Counted from the first letter of the stretch, positions 28,050 through 41,606 are shown. The stretch is 64,000 nucleotides of DNA from Eledone cirrhosa (GCA_964016885.1 OZ024742.1:282410001-282474000); one strand, 5' to 3'. Numbers and translations: made by a program. Notes: generated by a model not told the origin, from the sequence alone.

Positions 28050-28495
28050 CGATACCTTTTTCGCCCTAACTCTCCTGCTCTGAGCCGGTGCCACAGTAAA
28101 GCCAGAGTCATGGTGTTTCTCCAGTGCAAGGCGCATACAATAGTCCACTATCTTCTTGGGGATTCCATAAGCCTGTAAGATCTTCATCAAGCAGTAACGG
28201 TCCACAGAATCAAAGGCCTTCCTAAAGTCAATGAAAACCATGACCACAGGAAGGCACTTTGCTCTAGCTCCCTCTAATATCCTCCTGGGCATCAGGATGT
28301 GACTGGTGGTTGATCTACCCTCTCTGAAGCCGTTCTGGTTGTTCCTGAGCTTCTTCTCCATCTCAGGCTGGATCCTGTTAAGAATCATCCTGTTGAGGGT
28401 CTTTGTCACAAGTGACGTCAGTGAGATCCCCCTGTAGTTGTTGGTGTTAGAGAGATCTCCCTTCTTTGGGACTGGGACGATGTTACTGATCCTCC
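28050..28495 (-). mobile_element. Non-LTR retrotransposon RT fragment (RTE-like)
   Basis: PVPKKGDLSNTNNYRGISL...QNGFREGRST...VFIDFRKAFDSVDR. Confidence 0.9.
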
Positions 28496-28581
28496 TAAAT
28501 ATACTAAAATAAAGGAGAAATTTTTTTAAATGTCTGTCTTTAACAATTGACTCTTTAAGATAGCAGTAAGCTACAACTAAC

Positions 28582-28698
28582 ATGGAGGATTTGTGATGAT
28601 CGACGGACCAATCAAATTGACGCTTTCTGCACAATGAAATATTCGATTCCCTGCTCTGTTTAGCTGGTTTCTTGCTAGGTCAACGAATGGTTGCCATG
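28582..28698 (-). CDS. Candidate internal exon of an unidentified host gene
   Basis: tttcag acceptor, gttagt donor, 117 nt, phase 1-1, open frame WQPFVDLARNQLNRAGNRIFHCAESVNLIGPSIITNPP in non-repetitive sequence. Confidence 0.35.
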
Positions 28699-29413
28699 CT
28701 GAAATATTGTACAGGAGGGTGCAATAGTAAACCAAGAGTAATATATCTCGTACCAGACTTTAAGTTACAACGAAGTATAAAATTAATATAATCGAAATTA
28801 ACTTTTCTTTATGAAACGCATGAATACGTAAATTCAAAATGCCCGCCATACTTCAATGGCGAGACAGGTCATTCCATTAAACCTTCTCTGTTGAAAACTA
28901 CTACCAGGTCAGAATCTGACCCTATATTCCTTTCCCATTCTATCCTCTGTATATAAATTGATTAGTTATCATCTCACAGCCACAATATTATTGTCGTAAA
29001 TTTCAAATTTCAAATTCTACTTTTTAGGAGATTTCTCTTCCTTCCATGTTAAATTGAGAAGAAAAAACGTACAGAGTCTATTTACAAAAGAACTGTAATA
29101 ACCAAAAGTTCTAAGACTACATTGAAAAGAAACACTAATTTCGAAATGTTATCTGTAGTTAGAACGGATATGATTTTTAGATCCATCACTTTCTATATAT
29201 CAAAGAGTTTTGCCCTAATGGAAGAATTTAAAAGAAAAATATGAAATGGCGAGACATAACAGGAACAAGAAATGATGGGGGTGAAAATAGATGTCCATTG
29301 ACTGTTGTGGTCATCAGTCGGTTGCTGTTTCCCCCTTCTCCCTTCTCCTCTCCTCTCCAATATGACTGACAGCTGTCCACCTCAACGATAAACTGTGACA
29401 TAGAAAAGAATAA

Positions 29414-29602
29414 TAATTGTTTCTACTTTTGGCACAAGGCCAGCAATTATTCCAGTGCATTACTGGTACTTTATTTTATCGACCCCGTAAGCATGAATGG
29501 CAAAGTTAACCTCGGCGGGATTTGAACTCAGATCATACAGGGAGGTAACTCTATGCTTCAAAGCATGGCGTCCGACCCTCTACCGATACTGTCAATCCAC
29601 CG
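29414..29602 (-). mobile_element. Single full-length tRNA-derived SINE (family of 7284 cluster)
   Basis: Complete reverse-complement unit with A/B boxes and conserved core. Confidence 0.85.
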
Positions 29603-29723
29603 CATAGAAAAGAATAATAATAAAATATTAACTCACTCGATATGCAAATTAGGCTGCTCAGCCGTTAATATACATAAGGAAAGTATATACTTTCAGACGT
29701 TCAATCATCTGGCAGGAAGGTAT

Positions 29724-29766
29724 ACGTTTTTGACGATAGCTAATAAGCTTGAAACTAGTACAGTGT
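29724..29766 (+). ncRNA. Degenerate minimal hammerhead (C3U)
   Basis: acgttt TTGACGA tAGCT aata AGCTt GAAA CTAG TA cagtgt. Confidence 0.45.
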
Positions 29767-30044
29767 TCCTTTGTCAGTGTTGAACAAATGAGCAACGATG
29801 GTTGCTAGACACTGTACGGCTTAATTCGGGATGTTTGTTTACAAACACACCGAGCATTATAATAAATATTCGGTGAATCCATACGTACATATATATATGT
29901 GTGCATGTATGTATATATATATACATACTACTGCACGTCTGTATAGATATATGTATGTACGCATACATACTTATATTTAAGTAACAGCCGAACTAAGAGT
30001 GAGAAATGAAATTTCGTTTGATTTTTTCCGTTTATATATATATA

Positions 30045-31747
30045 CAATGCCACGGAACACCCGCCAATCGCCTTACGGTCGAACAACGAACTATCTTCAT
30101 CTTACAGACCCACACTCCCCCAGGCCTGAACTCCCCACCCTTATTCCTTTAGCCTTCGACCGCCCCCCTCCCCCACATTTAACCCCCACTAACACCACTA
30201 ACACACCCCTCCTTTTCACCGCCCACCCCACAACTAACAATACTAACACCTCCACTCCACCCCTCATCTGACCACCCTTCCCCAACTAACATACTAACAT
30301 CCCTTCCCTCCCCTCTTCTCCTCCTACCCCCTCCTTATCACACGCACACACCCACCGGCACATATATACACGCGCTCACACTAAACACACACCCTACTAC
30401 CACCACTAACCCTCACCCCCACACCTCTCACCCCCACACCTCCATCCCACTACCTCGCAACTAACCTCACTAACACCCCCTAACCCCAAGCACACGAACA
30501 CACGCACCCACTTACACCACCCACCCCACACGCAACTAACATCACTAACACCCCCCAACCCCACGCACACGTACCCACACACCCTCGTACACCACCAACT
30601 CTACACACCCTACCACCACTAACCCCCACTCACACCTGCATTCAACCCCTCCCCACCTCCCGTATACTAACACCCACTAACACCTCTTCATCAAACTACA
30701 CACACACCAGTACACCACACTCCCTCCATAGAACCACACACACCCTTCTCTCCCCGCTCCACCCACACCCTCGCTCCACACTCACTCATCCCACTAACAC
30801 CCCTACTAATACACACACACACACCCTCCTGACTCCAACTTTCACACCTACCCATCCTCGCCCCTTTACCATTCCACCGACTGCTGCTATGCCCTCTGAC
30901 CACCTCCCAGCACAAACAGACCACAGCACTCCCACTGCTGACCACTTCCTGTTGCGCGCGCACCCCACATCTCTCCTCTTCCACACGCAGAAATTGACCA
31001 ACAACCAATCCACTAAACATCTTCGGAATTTACCAACTTTTCAACCATCCTCTTACGTAATCACCTATATAACTCACCCACACACACACCCCAAAAAATT
31101 TTTTTTCTCCACACGCCACCTACACCCACAACACGCTTAAACCCCACACACACGTGCTTTCCACCACATATTTACACCCTGAGCCTCCTGATTCCTCTCC
31201 CCTCTCTATCCACACACGCACAGACACTCCGACCCCCCCCCCACACACACACACCTCTTCCTGAACATGCAACCCCGTTCTTCCCCCAACCCTTACTTTC
31301 ACATACACACACACACACGCACACCTACACACACACACCACCTTCAGCCCTCCCCGCTCGGACACCCCGTCTCCCTCTCCCCACTCCACCCGCCACCACC
31401 CCTACACACCCCACACCCTTCCACCACAGGTTTACCCCCCTTTTAATTTCAGTTTATTTTGATCATGCCTTTATTTTTAAATTTATCTCATTCCTTGTAT
31501 TTTGATCATGCTTTATTTTTATTTTTATCTTTATATTTTATTTTTTCATTCGCACCGTTTCCTTTCGCTATATGTCTCTCCACCACTCCCCTACACACCC
31601 TTTGAACTCTGTTCCCACACACTTCTCACCTGAGGAAGGGCTTATGCCCGAAACGTCGTCCCCCACCAACACCCCACTCTCCAGAGCGTGAAATTAATAA
31701 ACATTCGTTGTACTGCCTCTCTGTTTTGTCCCTGTTCAAATTTTTCC

Positions 31748-31750
<3 letters not shown>
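30045..31750 (+). repeat. C/A-rich low-complexity insert ending in an HHR-like motif
   Basis: About 1.4 kb of C-rich cacaccc/cactaacacc motifs, then CTGAGGA a GGGC ttat GCCC GAAA cgtcg TC at 31630-31660; TA flanks. Confidence 0.5.
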
Positions 31751-31802
<52 letters not shown>

Positions 31803-32045
31803 GTAGAGTTGAGATGGAAGGTCTGTGGTTTTTCTCACATCTGATGTGAGAAAAACCACAGACCCTCCATCTCAACTCTACTTTTGAAAAGCAGAAGAAC
31901 TGCGAAACCGGTAAAGGAACCAAATAAATATAAATAATTATTTTTAAAAATAAGACTCCAGTTGCATTTTCGATTTCATCTCTTTTTCTTTATATATATA
32001 TATATATATATTTGTAATCCAAATTCAATAAACAAACCAGGATTT

Positions 32046-32105
32046 TTTCATTCTGAGGATTGAAAGCAAAACCTTTTGCTTTTAAGAAACCACTGGTAAA
32101 TGGAA
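32046..32105 (+). ncRNA. Type I hammerhead ribozyme
   Basis: tttcatt CTGAGGA ttgaaagcaaa acct tttgcttttaa GAAA CCA c TGG TA aatggaa; all three stems pair. Confidence 0.8.
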
Positions 32106-32141
32106 TAATTGCCTTATGTTGTTTATTACATAATAATAATA

Positions 32142-32187
<46 letters not shown>

Positions 32188-32234
32188 AAATAAAATAAAT
32201 AAGTCAAATGTTTAAAATTTGGCTTCGTTTATTA

Positions 32235-32291
32235 CTGCTATATATATATATTTCGGTGACAGCCATCTTAGGCTGTGACCTCTTCAGGCAG
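32235..32291 (-). ncRNA. Type I hammerhead ribozyme with (TA)n stem III
   Basis: ctgc CTGAAGA ggtcacagcc taagat ggctgtcacc GAAA tatatatata TA gcag. Confidence 0.7.
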
Positions 32292-32399
32292 CCGAATTAT
32301 TGTGGTAGAGACGAGTACATATGTTGTTGAGATGTATAACTTTGTCAATACTCTGATATGCCCAGTTCCTGGTTGGGTTGTTATTTCACTGAGGAACTG

Positions 32400-35338
32400 G
32401 AATCATATGAATTCCTCTTGAAGCTGTACGGTGCAGCACTGCCGACAATATCCCAGTGCGTGGAGAAGCTGATGTTTAAGTCCTTTAGTGATGTGATGTA
32501 GTCCGCGAGTGAAGTGGATTGTCTTAGTTTTTTATTTGTGAAAGAGTGGAGATGTGTTCGAAACTTAATTTTGAGCGGGCCGGAGGTAGCCCCTATATAA
32601 TGTTTAACGCTATTGTGGCTAGTTACTGTGCATCTATATATAACCCTATCAGTCAAGCAGTATCCTCTAAGGGGCAGCGTCCTCTGTCGCGGCAGTTGCA
32701 ATTGCTGTCGCTGTTCCATCTATTTCCCATGGTAAGGCTATCATTGTTGCTGCCTAAGTTGTTACCTACGCTCCCGCAGCTGTCGTTAGCACCATTACAA
32801 GCCACAGCACGCGGAATGGTGCGATTATTATTCCGCAGGTCATGTCCTGCATGTTCCCCAGTCATTTCGCGGTTATGCTGGTTGCGTCTGCGGAGGCCGT
32901 TGCCAGCACTATTGGATGCTACTAGGGAGTTGTTAAGGCCGATATAGTTATTGTCAGGTGTAGGTGCGCCTGTGTCGAGGTGCTGTGTCTTGATGATCTT
33001 ACTGTGGTTCGTTGTTCCTATGATGTCTGCTAGGTTAGGAGTAGTAGAGAAGGATATTTTTATATTGTTCCCATTAAGAACTTTTCTATACCTATGGTTG
33101 GGCGGGAAGTTCTTCTCTAAGGCTTCGAAAAACATCCGGGGTACGTTGGAGGCCACACTCCGAGAGTAGGGGGTGGAACCATAGGACGTTACGGTGGCGA
33201 TTACGTGTCCTTGTACGTTTGCTACGGGTGGTTCCATCTAGGTGACCGCTCTTATGTGTGTTAATGCGCTGTAGCCCGTTAGGTGCCCCTTTCACTTTAT
33301 GCTCCGGTGCACTCTTCTTCCCTCTTCCAAGTTTATATACAGGAAGATGTTGGTTGGAAGGCGTTGGTAGTAGGCCGTCGCCTTTGTTGGTTTTGTAATA
33401 GGGGAATAGTTCGAGTAATCTACAGTGGTCACCGTCGTCGGGGTCGTGATCTTTAGTGCGATTATCTATTCTATTATATCCTACTTCAACGAGGTCGCCG
33501 CGTGATCGGTTATAGGTATGGATTACTATAACGTTCGTTTTATGAGGGAGGTGGTTTCTAGAGCTAGCGTTAGGGATGTAGGAAATTCCCCGGTTAAAAC
33601 TGGCGCTTATCAGGGCCCTATTGTAGTAATCTGCCGCTTGGTTGAAGATATCCTCATTGGCGGATAGCCTCGAGATTCTATGTGAGATTCTATAGACTAT
33701 GGAGTTGAGAGTCTGCTTAGGGTGGTTGGAGGCATAATTAATATAAGAGAGGCACTCTCCAGGCTTATGGTATGGCTTGTATAAGCCCGTACTCAACTCC
33801 TGGGTCACGTCCAGGAAGTTGACAACCTTGTGGTTGAGGTCCATAGTTACGGATAGGCCGAATGACTTGAAGAACCTGTGTATATGTTTGTTAAGGTTCT
33901 CTATCCTACGGGGGCTATGGTTCCTAACGGTAAACAGGGCGTTGTCCCTATATACACCTCCTTGTAGGGCCGGTATATCGTCCCAAGGCTTATGTAGGAG
34001 GTATATCCCGACCAGGTCAGTTGTTTGCGCTGAGTCACTGGTCTCCATCGTGACATCGAAGTTATCAGGACGGTTGGTTCTGGTACAGTGGGAGCCTTCG
34101 AACTGGATAATGGTTCTACGCGCCACTAGAACTATGTCTATTTCTTTTTTAGTGAGGCTAGTGTTGGATTTAGCTAAGATGAGTGCCTTATTTAAGAGTA
34201 TGGGGGAGATAGAGGCGTAGTAACTATCTATGTCAAACTGGATGAACTTCAGGGTCGCTTTATCCGGCAACTCGGTGAACCAATTTATGACCTGGTCGGT
34301 GTTGCCCCAGAGGCAGACCTTAGCCTTTCTATTAACTCCAGTAGTACTCTGTCGAGGATCACTTTACTAATCTTACCTATATCAGAGGTAGAGGGGTATA
34401 TTAGTCTAATAGAGGGGCTTTCATTAAAGTTACATTTGTGATCCTTAAGAGAGAATCTAAGCGTCAGAGGGACGTACGGGTTAGTGTACTTTTCTATTTC
34501 TAAGCTGGTGACTATATCCTTCCCTACTCTATTTATGTTATTTAGGGTACTAGAGGGTGTCTTTTGTAGTCTTTGTGTAGTTCCTTATAGATGAATTGTT
34601 TATACTTACTCGCGTCCATCTTGTACAGCTTTTTGGTTTTGTCGGAGGTGACGAAGAGGCGCGGGTCATTCTTGATTTTTGTTATTAGCGTATCAAGGGA
34701 CGTTAAGAATGGATTGCTGCATTGGTGTTTCTTTCTGAACTTAACGTTTTTGATCATTTTCAGCAGGTCCTCTTCAAAGGAGTCCAGTAAGGTGTTGTGC
34801 GGTGGGTTTCGGTATGTTTTGAAGCCATACCTTTCCTTGGGTTCAGGAAGGTTACGGGTGTTCTTATCCAGGTGGTAGGCCTTCCATCTGACTCTCCGTA
34901 TAAACGAGTTAGTAGCGTCTATAAGCAGTTTGAGGTAGGTTTTTTTGCTGGGTAAGGGGATACACTTGAAAGACATGGGTAACGGCTGGTTCTCCAACAT
35001 AATGGCAAATAAGGTGAGATACTCTACAAAAGGAGCACGGTGATACAGTATTTACGTGTCGAGAGAGAGAAAAAAAGGGGAGGATTGGTGATACATATAG
35101 TTATTTGCCAAGTAGCGTATGCCAAAGGTCCTCGATACTAGTGCCAGCAGTATTAAATATTCGAAGTGTTAATATTTAGTGGGCTAGAGAGTTAGCATAG
35201 CGTAAGCACGTGGGAAAGTAAGAAATCGGAGAATAGACCGTTAAAACATGTTTATTTAAAACAGCACCTACGTACGTTTCGCCCAGTTGGGCTTCTCAAG
35301 GGCATAAATAACAAAAAGTGTTCCTTACATTGCTCGGA
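32400..35338 (-). mobile_element. Penelope-like element, near full-length but frameshifted (RT + linker + GIY-YIG), preceded by HHR-bearing pLTR
   Basis: ATG 35000: KCIPLPS..Y..LI...FIRRVRWKA; RT motifs FDIDSYYASI, VTM.TSDSA, YRDN (for YRDD), FLDVT, YKPYHKP, SNHP; CNC..CPL..C and VIY...YIG endonuclease; HHR at 35264-35303. Confidence 0.9.
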
Positions 35339-35339
35339 A

Positions 35340-37136
35340 AGTGACCACTGTAGATTACTCGAACTATTCCCCTATTACAAAACTAACAAAGGCGACGGCC
35401 TACTACCAACGCCATCCAACCAACATCTTCCTGTACATAAACATGGAAGAGGGAAGAAGAGTGCACCCAAGCATAAAGTGAAAGGGGCACCTAACGGGCT
35501 ACGGCGCATTAACGCGCATAAGAGCGGTCACCTAGATGGAACCACCCGTAGCAAACGTACAAGGACACGTAATCGCCACCGTAACGTCCTATGGTTCCAC
35601 CCACCAATCTACTCTCGGAGTGTGGGCTCCAACGTACACCGGATGTTCTTCGAAGCCTTAGAGAAGAACTTCCCGCCCAACCATAGGTATAGAAAAATTC
35701 TTAATAGGAACAATATAAAAATATCCTTCTCTACTACTCCTAACCTAGCAGACATCATAGGAACAACGAACCACAGTAAGATCACCAAGACACAGCACCT
35801 CGACACAGGCGCACCTACACCTGACAATAACTATATCGGCCTTAACAACTCCCTAGCATCATCCAATAGTGCTGGCAACGGCCTCCGCAGACGCAACCAG
35901 CATAACCGCGAAATGACTGGGGAACATGCAGGACATGACGTGCGGAATAACAATCGCACCACCCCGCGTGCTGTGGGTTGTAATGGTGCTAACGACAGCT
36001 GCGGGAGCGTAGGTAACAACTTAGGCAGCAACAATGATAGCCATACCATGGGAAATAGATGGAACCGTGACAGAAATTGCAACTGCCGCGACAGAAGACG
36101 CTGCCCCTTAGAGGATACTGCTTGACTGATAGGGTTATATATAGATTCACTGTAACTAGCCACAATAGCGTTAAACATTATATAGGGGCTACCTCCGGCC
36201 CGCTCAAAATTAGGTTTCGAACACATCTCCACTCTTTCACAAATAAAAAACTAAGACACTCCACTTCATTCGCGGACTACATCACATCACTAAAGGACTT
36301 AAACATCAGCTTCTCCACACACTGGGATATTGTCGGCAGGGCTGCACCGTACAACTTCAAGAGGAATTGCGATCTTTGCCTCATGGAGATCTACCACATC
36401 ATAACTGCACCCCACGAGCTCATCAACAGCAGAGCTGAAACAGCGATCAGTTAGACACATCGCTAAAAAATATCCTTCTTCAGATGGGTTAAGGATGAGG
36501 AGTGAAACCTTTCACCGGATCTCCCTGCAACAAGTCTTAACACCCCGGCAGGCAGGCGCTGCAAAATAACACCCAGGAAACTAACCTTGCATACCAGACC
36601 CAGCCTCAAACGACTCAGACAAACAGATGCGAGAAAACAAACGTCTCAAAATAATCGTTAGTTACATGGTTCTGTGCGTATCGACAATGGTAAGGTTGTA
36701 ACCTCATCTTGTAGCGGATAAAAAATGTGTCCGGGAAAGACTGCCCTAACACCGGCCAGAGTTACCTCCCTTGACCTGCTGCAAAATCAAAACAAGCTAT
36801 TTTTTCGAGCAATGAACCTTGACGTGAATTTATCCCCAAAAACTCTTTCCGAGCAATGTAAAGAACACTTTTGGTTATTTATGCCCTTGAGAAGCCCAAC
36901 TGGGCGAAACGTACGTAGGTGCTGTTTTAAATAAACATGTTTTAACGGTCTATGCTCCGATTTCTTACTTTCCCACGTGCTTACGCTCTGCTAATTCCCT
37001 AGCCCACTAAATATTAACACTTCGAATATTTAATACTTCCAGCACTAGTATCGAGCACCTTTGGCATACGCTATTTGGCAAATAACTATATGTATCACCT
37101 GTCCTCCCCTTTTTTTTCTCTCTCGATACGTAAATA

Positions 37137-37142
<6 letters not shown>
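35340..37142 (+). mobile_element. Inverted 3' half of the same PLE (linker, GIY-YIG, 3' UTR, HHR/pLTR)
   Basis: 35340-36367 mirrors about 32410-33432; GIY-YIG to CDLCLME...LINSRAE; about 36848-37142 mirrors 35043-35338; ends in a long (TA)n. Confidence 0.9.
36883..36922 (+). ncRNA. PLE pLTR hammerhead, U3:A8 variant (mirror copy 35264-35303 on -)
   Basis: gccc TTGAGAA GCCCA ac TGGGC GAAA CGTACG TA ggtgc; palindromic stem III. Confidence 0.75.
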
Positions 37143-37216
<74 letters not shown>

Positions 37217-37237
37217 GAATATATATATGTGTATATA

Positions 37238-37366
<129 letters not shown>

Positions 37367-37383
37367 GTGTATATATATATATG

Positions 37384-37480
<97 letters not shown>

Positions 37481-37497
37481 GTATATATATGTATATA

Positions 37498-37595
<98 letters not shown>

Positions 37596-37773
37596 GAGAG
37601 AGAGAGAGAGAATTAGTATATCTACCAACATATTTATACAGAAGTATACTTATGCTAGCAAGATATAGGTTCTGTCTTAGTAACTTTGTTGTTCAATACA
37701 AAAATAATTATATAATTATATGAAAGACGTAAAATATGAAAATTATAATAATTAACTTACTTACTTAAGTTTC

Positions 37774-37851
37774 ACTCCAACTAATTAGTTTCTGAAAGGG
37801 GATATACATAGTGTTAAAAACCATGGAGAATTCCTTTCTTCATCAGGGAGT
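37774..37851 (-). ncRNA. Type I hammerhead ribozyme in a fold-back insertion (37716-38177)
   Basis: actcc CTGATGA a GAAAGG...CCTTTC a GAAA CTAATTAG TT ggagt; inverted arms about 37718-37773 / 38126-38177. Confidence 0.75.
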
Positions 37852-38168
37852 CAATTCTCGGCTAAGATCCCTGGCGATAGGCGGACACAGGGAGCGCAAA
37901 CAAAAATAATTCAGTGAATGGAAAAGAAGCAAGCGCGGACTAAATTTTAAGACACTGATAATTACACTACCTTCCCGGTCAGTGGCAAATTCAAAAGAAT
38001 CAATCACCTGACATCGAGGTTAATCAGTGAGGAGTGGGGTGTTAAAAAGACAGTAGCCAAAATATTACTATGAATCATAGTAGTAATTCAGTAAATTTTT
38101 GCTCAACAAATAATTTGGAGATAAGAAACTTAAGTAAGTTAATTATTATAATTTTCTTATTTTACGTC

Positions 38169-38210
<42 letters not shown>

Positions 38211-39098
38211 AAGTGCAAGTGTGTGTCTGTTTGTAAATTATGCATGTAGTTTTAAATTAAACGTTAGCTGTAACACCTATTCTAAAATTGTGCACTCTTG
38301 TCCATTCGTCACGTATAACTATTTCACACCAACATATTTTGGGTTTGTGTCTTGAAAGCTCACGTTTGCTATTTATATATAGTGTCACTAGTTGATCTCA
38401 GGCTACGAATTGATCGAATATATATATAATATATATATATATATGTTTTGCAAGTTTTTGATATAGAATCGAAACAAATATTGTTATACTTGGGGAGGGT
38501 CATATTGTTATAATATTGCCAGAAATAATAATGTTTGGTTTGGGTTGGTTTTCGCTTCTGTATCTTTTATATCTCCGTAGTTAATTCATTTGAGCTTCAA
38601 TGTTTATCATTGACTGACCAACAGTCAAAAATACATATATATATATACATATATATATATAGTCTAACAAAGTTCTTTCGTTGCACATCTTTGACATCAT
38701 CAGTGGTACTATTATGTTTCCTCCCATTGTACTGTAATGTCTACGCCATTTTTGTTTTATTTATGTATTTATTTCTTCTTGTCTCTGTCTCTGTACATGC
38801 GTTTGCGTGTGTGTATAATGTTCGATGTGTGTGTTCGCGTTTGAGTGTATGTGTTTTTGTTTTTGTATTCTATCTTTGTTCACTAGTTTTTGTTGTTATT
38901 GTAAAATCCCAACAGAGGCGGCTTAGACTTACGTGTTCAGCAAGGCTTTACAAAAGTGTAGTGAAAAGGCTTGCTGAACACACAAGTTGAAACTGCTTCG
39001 CGTTGCGGGCGGGATTTTACGAATCTCTACACCATTCTGCATCTCAGTATGCATTGAGTACTCCAGTGATTAGTGGACTCCATGGTCACAGCACCGCA

Positions 39099-39166
<68 letters not shown>

Positions 39167-39406
39167 ACTCTCTCTCGTATAAACGTCGAATTTTCTAATT
39201 TACAAAGAGCCGAGAAATGAATTTCTAAAAAGATGTAGGAAGATCAAACGGAAAAAATAACTGCAATTCCAATCAGAATTCGGAGTTCAATTCCTCATAG
39301 CTACCTTTGAAAACATTTTCCCCTCTATATGGTCTTTACCCGATTTTTATAAGCTCTTTTATAGCAACTGACTGAAATTGCAGCTAATTTCTGTGTCTGA
39401 GCTTCC

Positions 39407-39512
<106 letters not shown>

Positions 39513-40005
39513 CGTGTGTATGTGTGTGTTTGTGTGTGTGCGCGTGTGTGTGTGTGCGCGTGTGTTTGTCTGTGTGTGTGTGTGTGTGTATATATACATG
39601 CGTGTATGTGTACGAAAATTCAATACGGCGAAACAACACAAGATCAAAGTACAATGATAATATAGTAGGGAAGGAGTTTTAATATTTCGGACGTAAATCT
39701 TTCATCGAAAAATAGAATGCCAGATAAAAGAAGAAATAGAAGGATATATAAGAATAAGAAAAGGAAGAAACGAAAATCTTTTTTCGTAGTATAAGTCTCA
39801 ACATTGCTGATCAAAGTCTATTGATTGACTGAAATTGAATAAAATATGCCAAAAGAAAATCTACTACGAAATAATCCTGCAAAAACGAAAACTAACACCA
39901 AACACAACCACTCATATACACATAAAAATACACACACACACACACATACACACACATACACACATAAACACACACACACAGACACACACACACACATACA
40001 CACAT

Positions 40006-40039
<34 letters not shown>

Positions 40040-40149
40040 CACACACACACACACACACACATACACATACATGCACACATAAACACACACACACACACAC
40101 ACACACATACACACACATACATACACAGGCACAGGCACACACACACTGG

Positions 40150-40194
<45 letters not shown>

Positions 40195-41008
40195 GCATCT
40201 ATGTTTCAACTTCCTAGCCACCTGTGTTTCGACACCCTAACCAAGTAGCAGCAGATAAGATAAGATAATCCAATGAAACTAAACTAAACTACCAACTACA
40301 ATAGACCTTTTACTATTTATTCCGTTTCGTTTCGTCTTCCATCTGTTTTGTCTCATTAACCTTTCGAAAGCCACCCAAGAATTCTCTCTTTCTCTGTCTC
40401 CTACATACCGCTTTTTCTCTGTGTGTGTATATATATATATATATATGCGTGTGTGTGTATGTGTGTGTGTGTGTGTGTTAGTGTGTGTTTGTATATATTG
40501 ATTTAGTGCAAAACTTTGTGACTCTCTTCGTATTTAATTTCACTTATTGATTTATCGATCTATTATTTATGTCCATATGTTTATTTATCTATTTATTTAT
40601 TATATATTTATTTGTTTATTTAATTAGAATAATTCCGTGTGAATCCAGTCTGGTTTAGTGTCTGGAGTGGATTAACTAACAAACTGCAGAAAACTACGTA
40701 GCTATGTGTGTGCGAACGTATATAGTAAAAGAGCAGGTCAGATACGTATCTAGGAAGAGACCACGAACATAACAACGTGAATAATCATGCAAATGAAATA
40801 ACAACTTTAATGTTTTACCGTTTTATACTTTTTCAACGCCATTGCACTATTTTTCTACAGGTATCTTATATATATTTTTTTTCTTTCTTTCTTTCACTCT
40901 CCCTTTCTCTTTCCCTCCCTCTTTATATTATATATATATATAGGAAAAGAAAGTATCGAGTACTCTGGTGCGTTACGGTCCACCTGGTTTTTTTACCACA
41001 CTCTCTTT

Positions 41009-41052
<44 letters not shown>

Positions 41053-41185
41053 AGAAAAATCTACCAAAATATACGGTAGTGTCCAATCCGTATGAAGAAC
41101 TCAATGTAATCCGAAAATCATGAAAAGAGAAGATGTATTCAAAAATTTTTTTCGATGAAAAATACAGGAAAACAGAGTCAAGATA

Positions 41186-41566
41186 AATTAATAAAAATAA
41201 TGAATAAACAAAAAAACAGTTCCTTATATTAAAAAATTCATCATTTTACGATCGTTTCTAGGACATATATGTTAGTGTTGGTATGCATATCCTATAGATC
41301 TATGTAACATTTTTACAAACTATCAGAGGGAATATACATACCTACACATATATATGCTGTCTTCAGAAATAATTTTTTATTTCTGAAGACAGCATATATA
41401 TGTGTAGGTATGTATATTCCCTCTGATAGTTTGTAAAAATTTTACATAGATCTATAGGATATGCATACCAACACTAACATATATGTCCTAGAAACGATCG
41501 TAAAATGATGAATTTTTTAATATAAGGAACTGTTTCTTTGTTTATTCATTATTTTTATTAATTTAA
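41186..41566. mobile_element. Near-perfect ~380-bp palindrome made of two head-to-head hammerheads
   Basis: Centre near 41374; HHR 41241-41372 (-) and 41377-41508 (+): ttattt CTGAAGA long stem II GAAA CGATCG TA aaatga. Confidence 0.85.
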
Positions 41567-41606
41567 TATATATATATATATATAAATGAACCTTTCGCAC
41601 ACACAC

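Noticed and set aside
36440-36530. Selenocysteine recoding/SECIS in the PLE endonuclease, as reported for some PLEs
   Set aside because: The stop aligned with the conserved Cys is TAG, not TGA, and the ATGA...AA...GA hairpin downstream is too short for a SECIS
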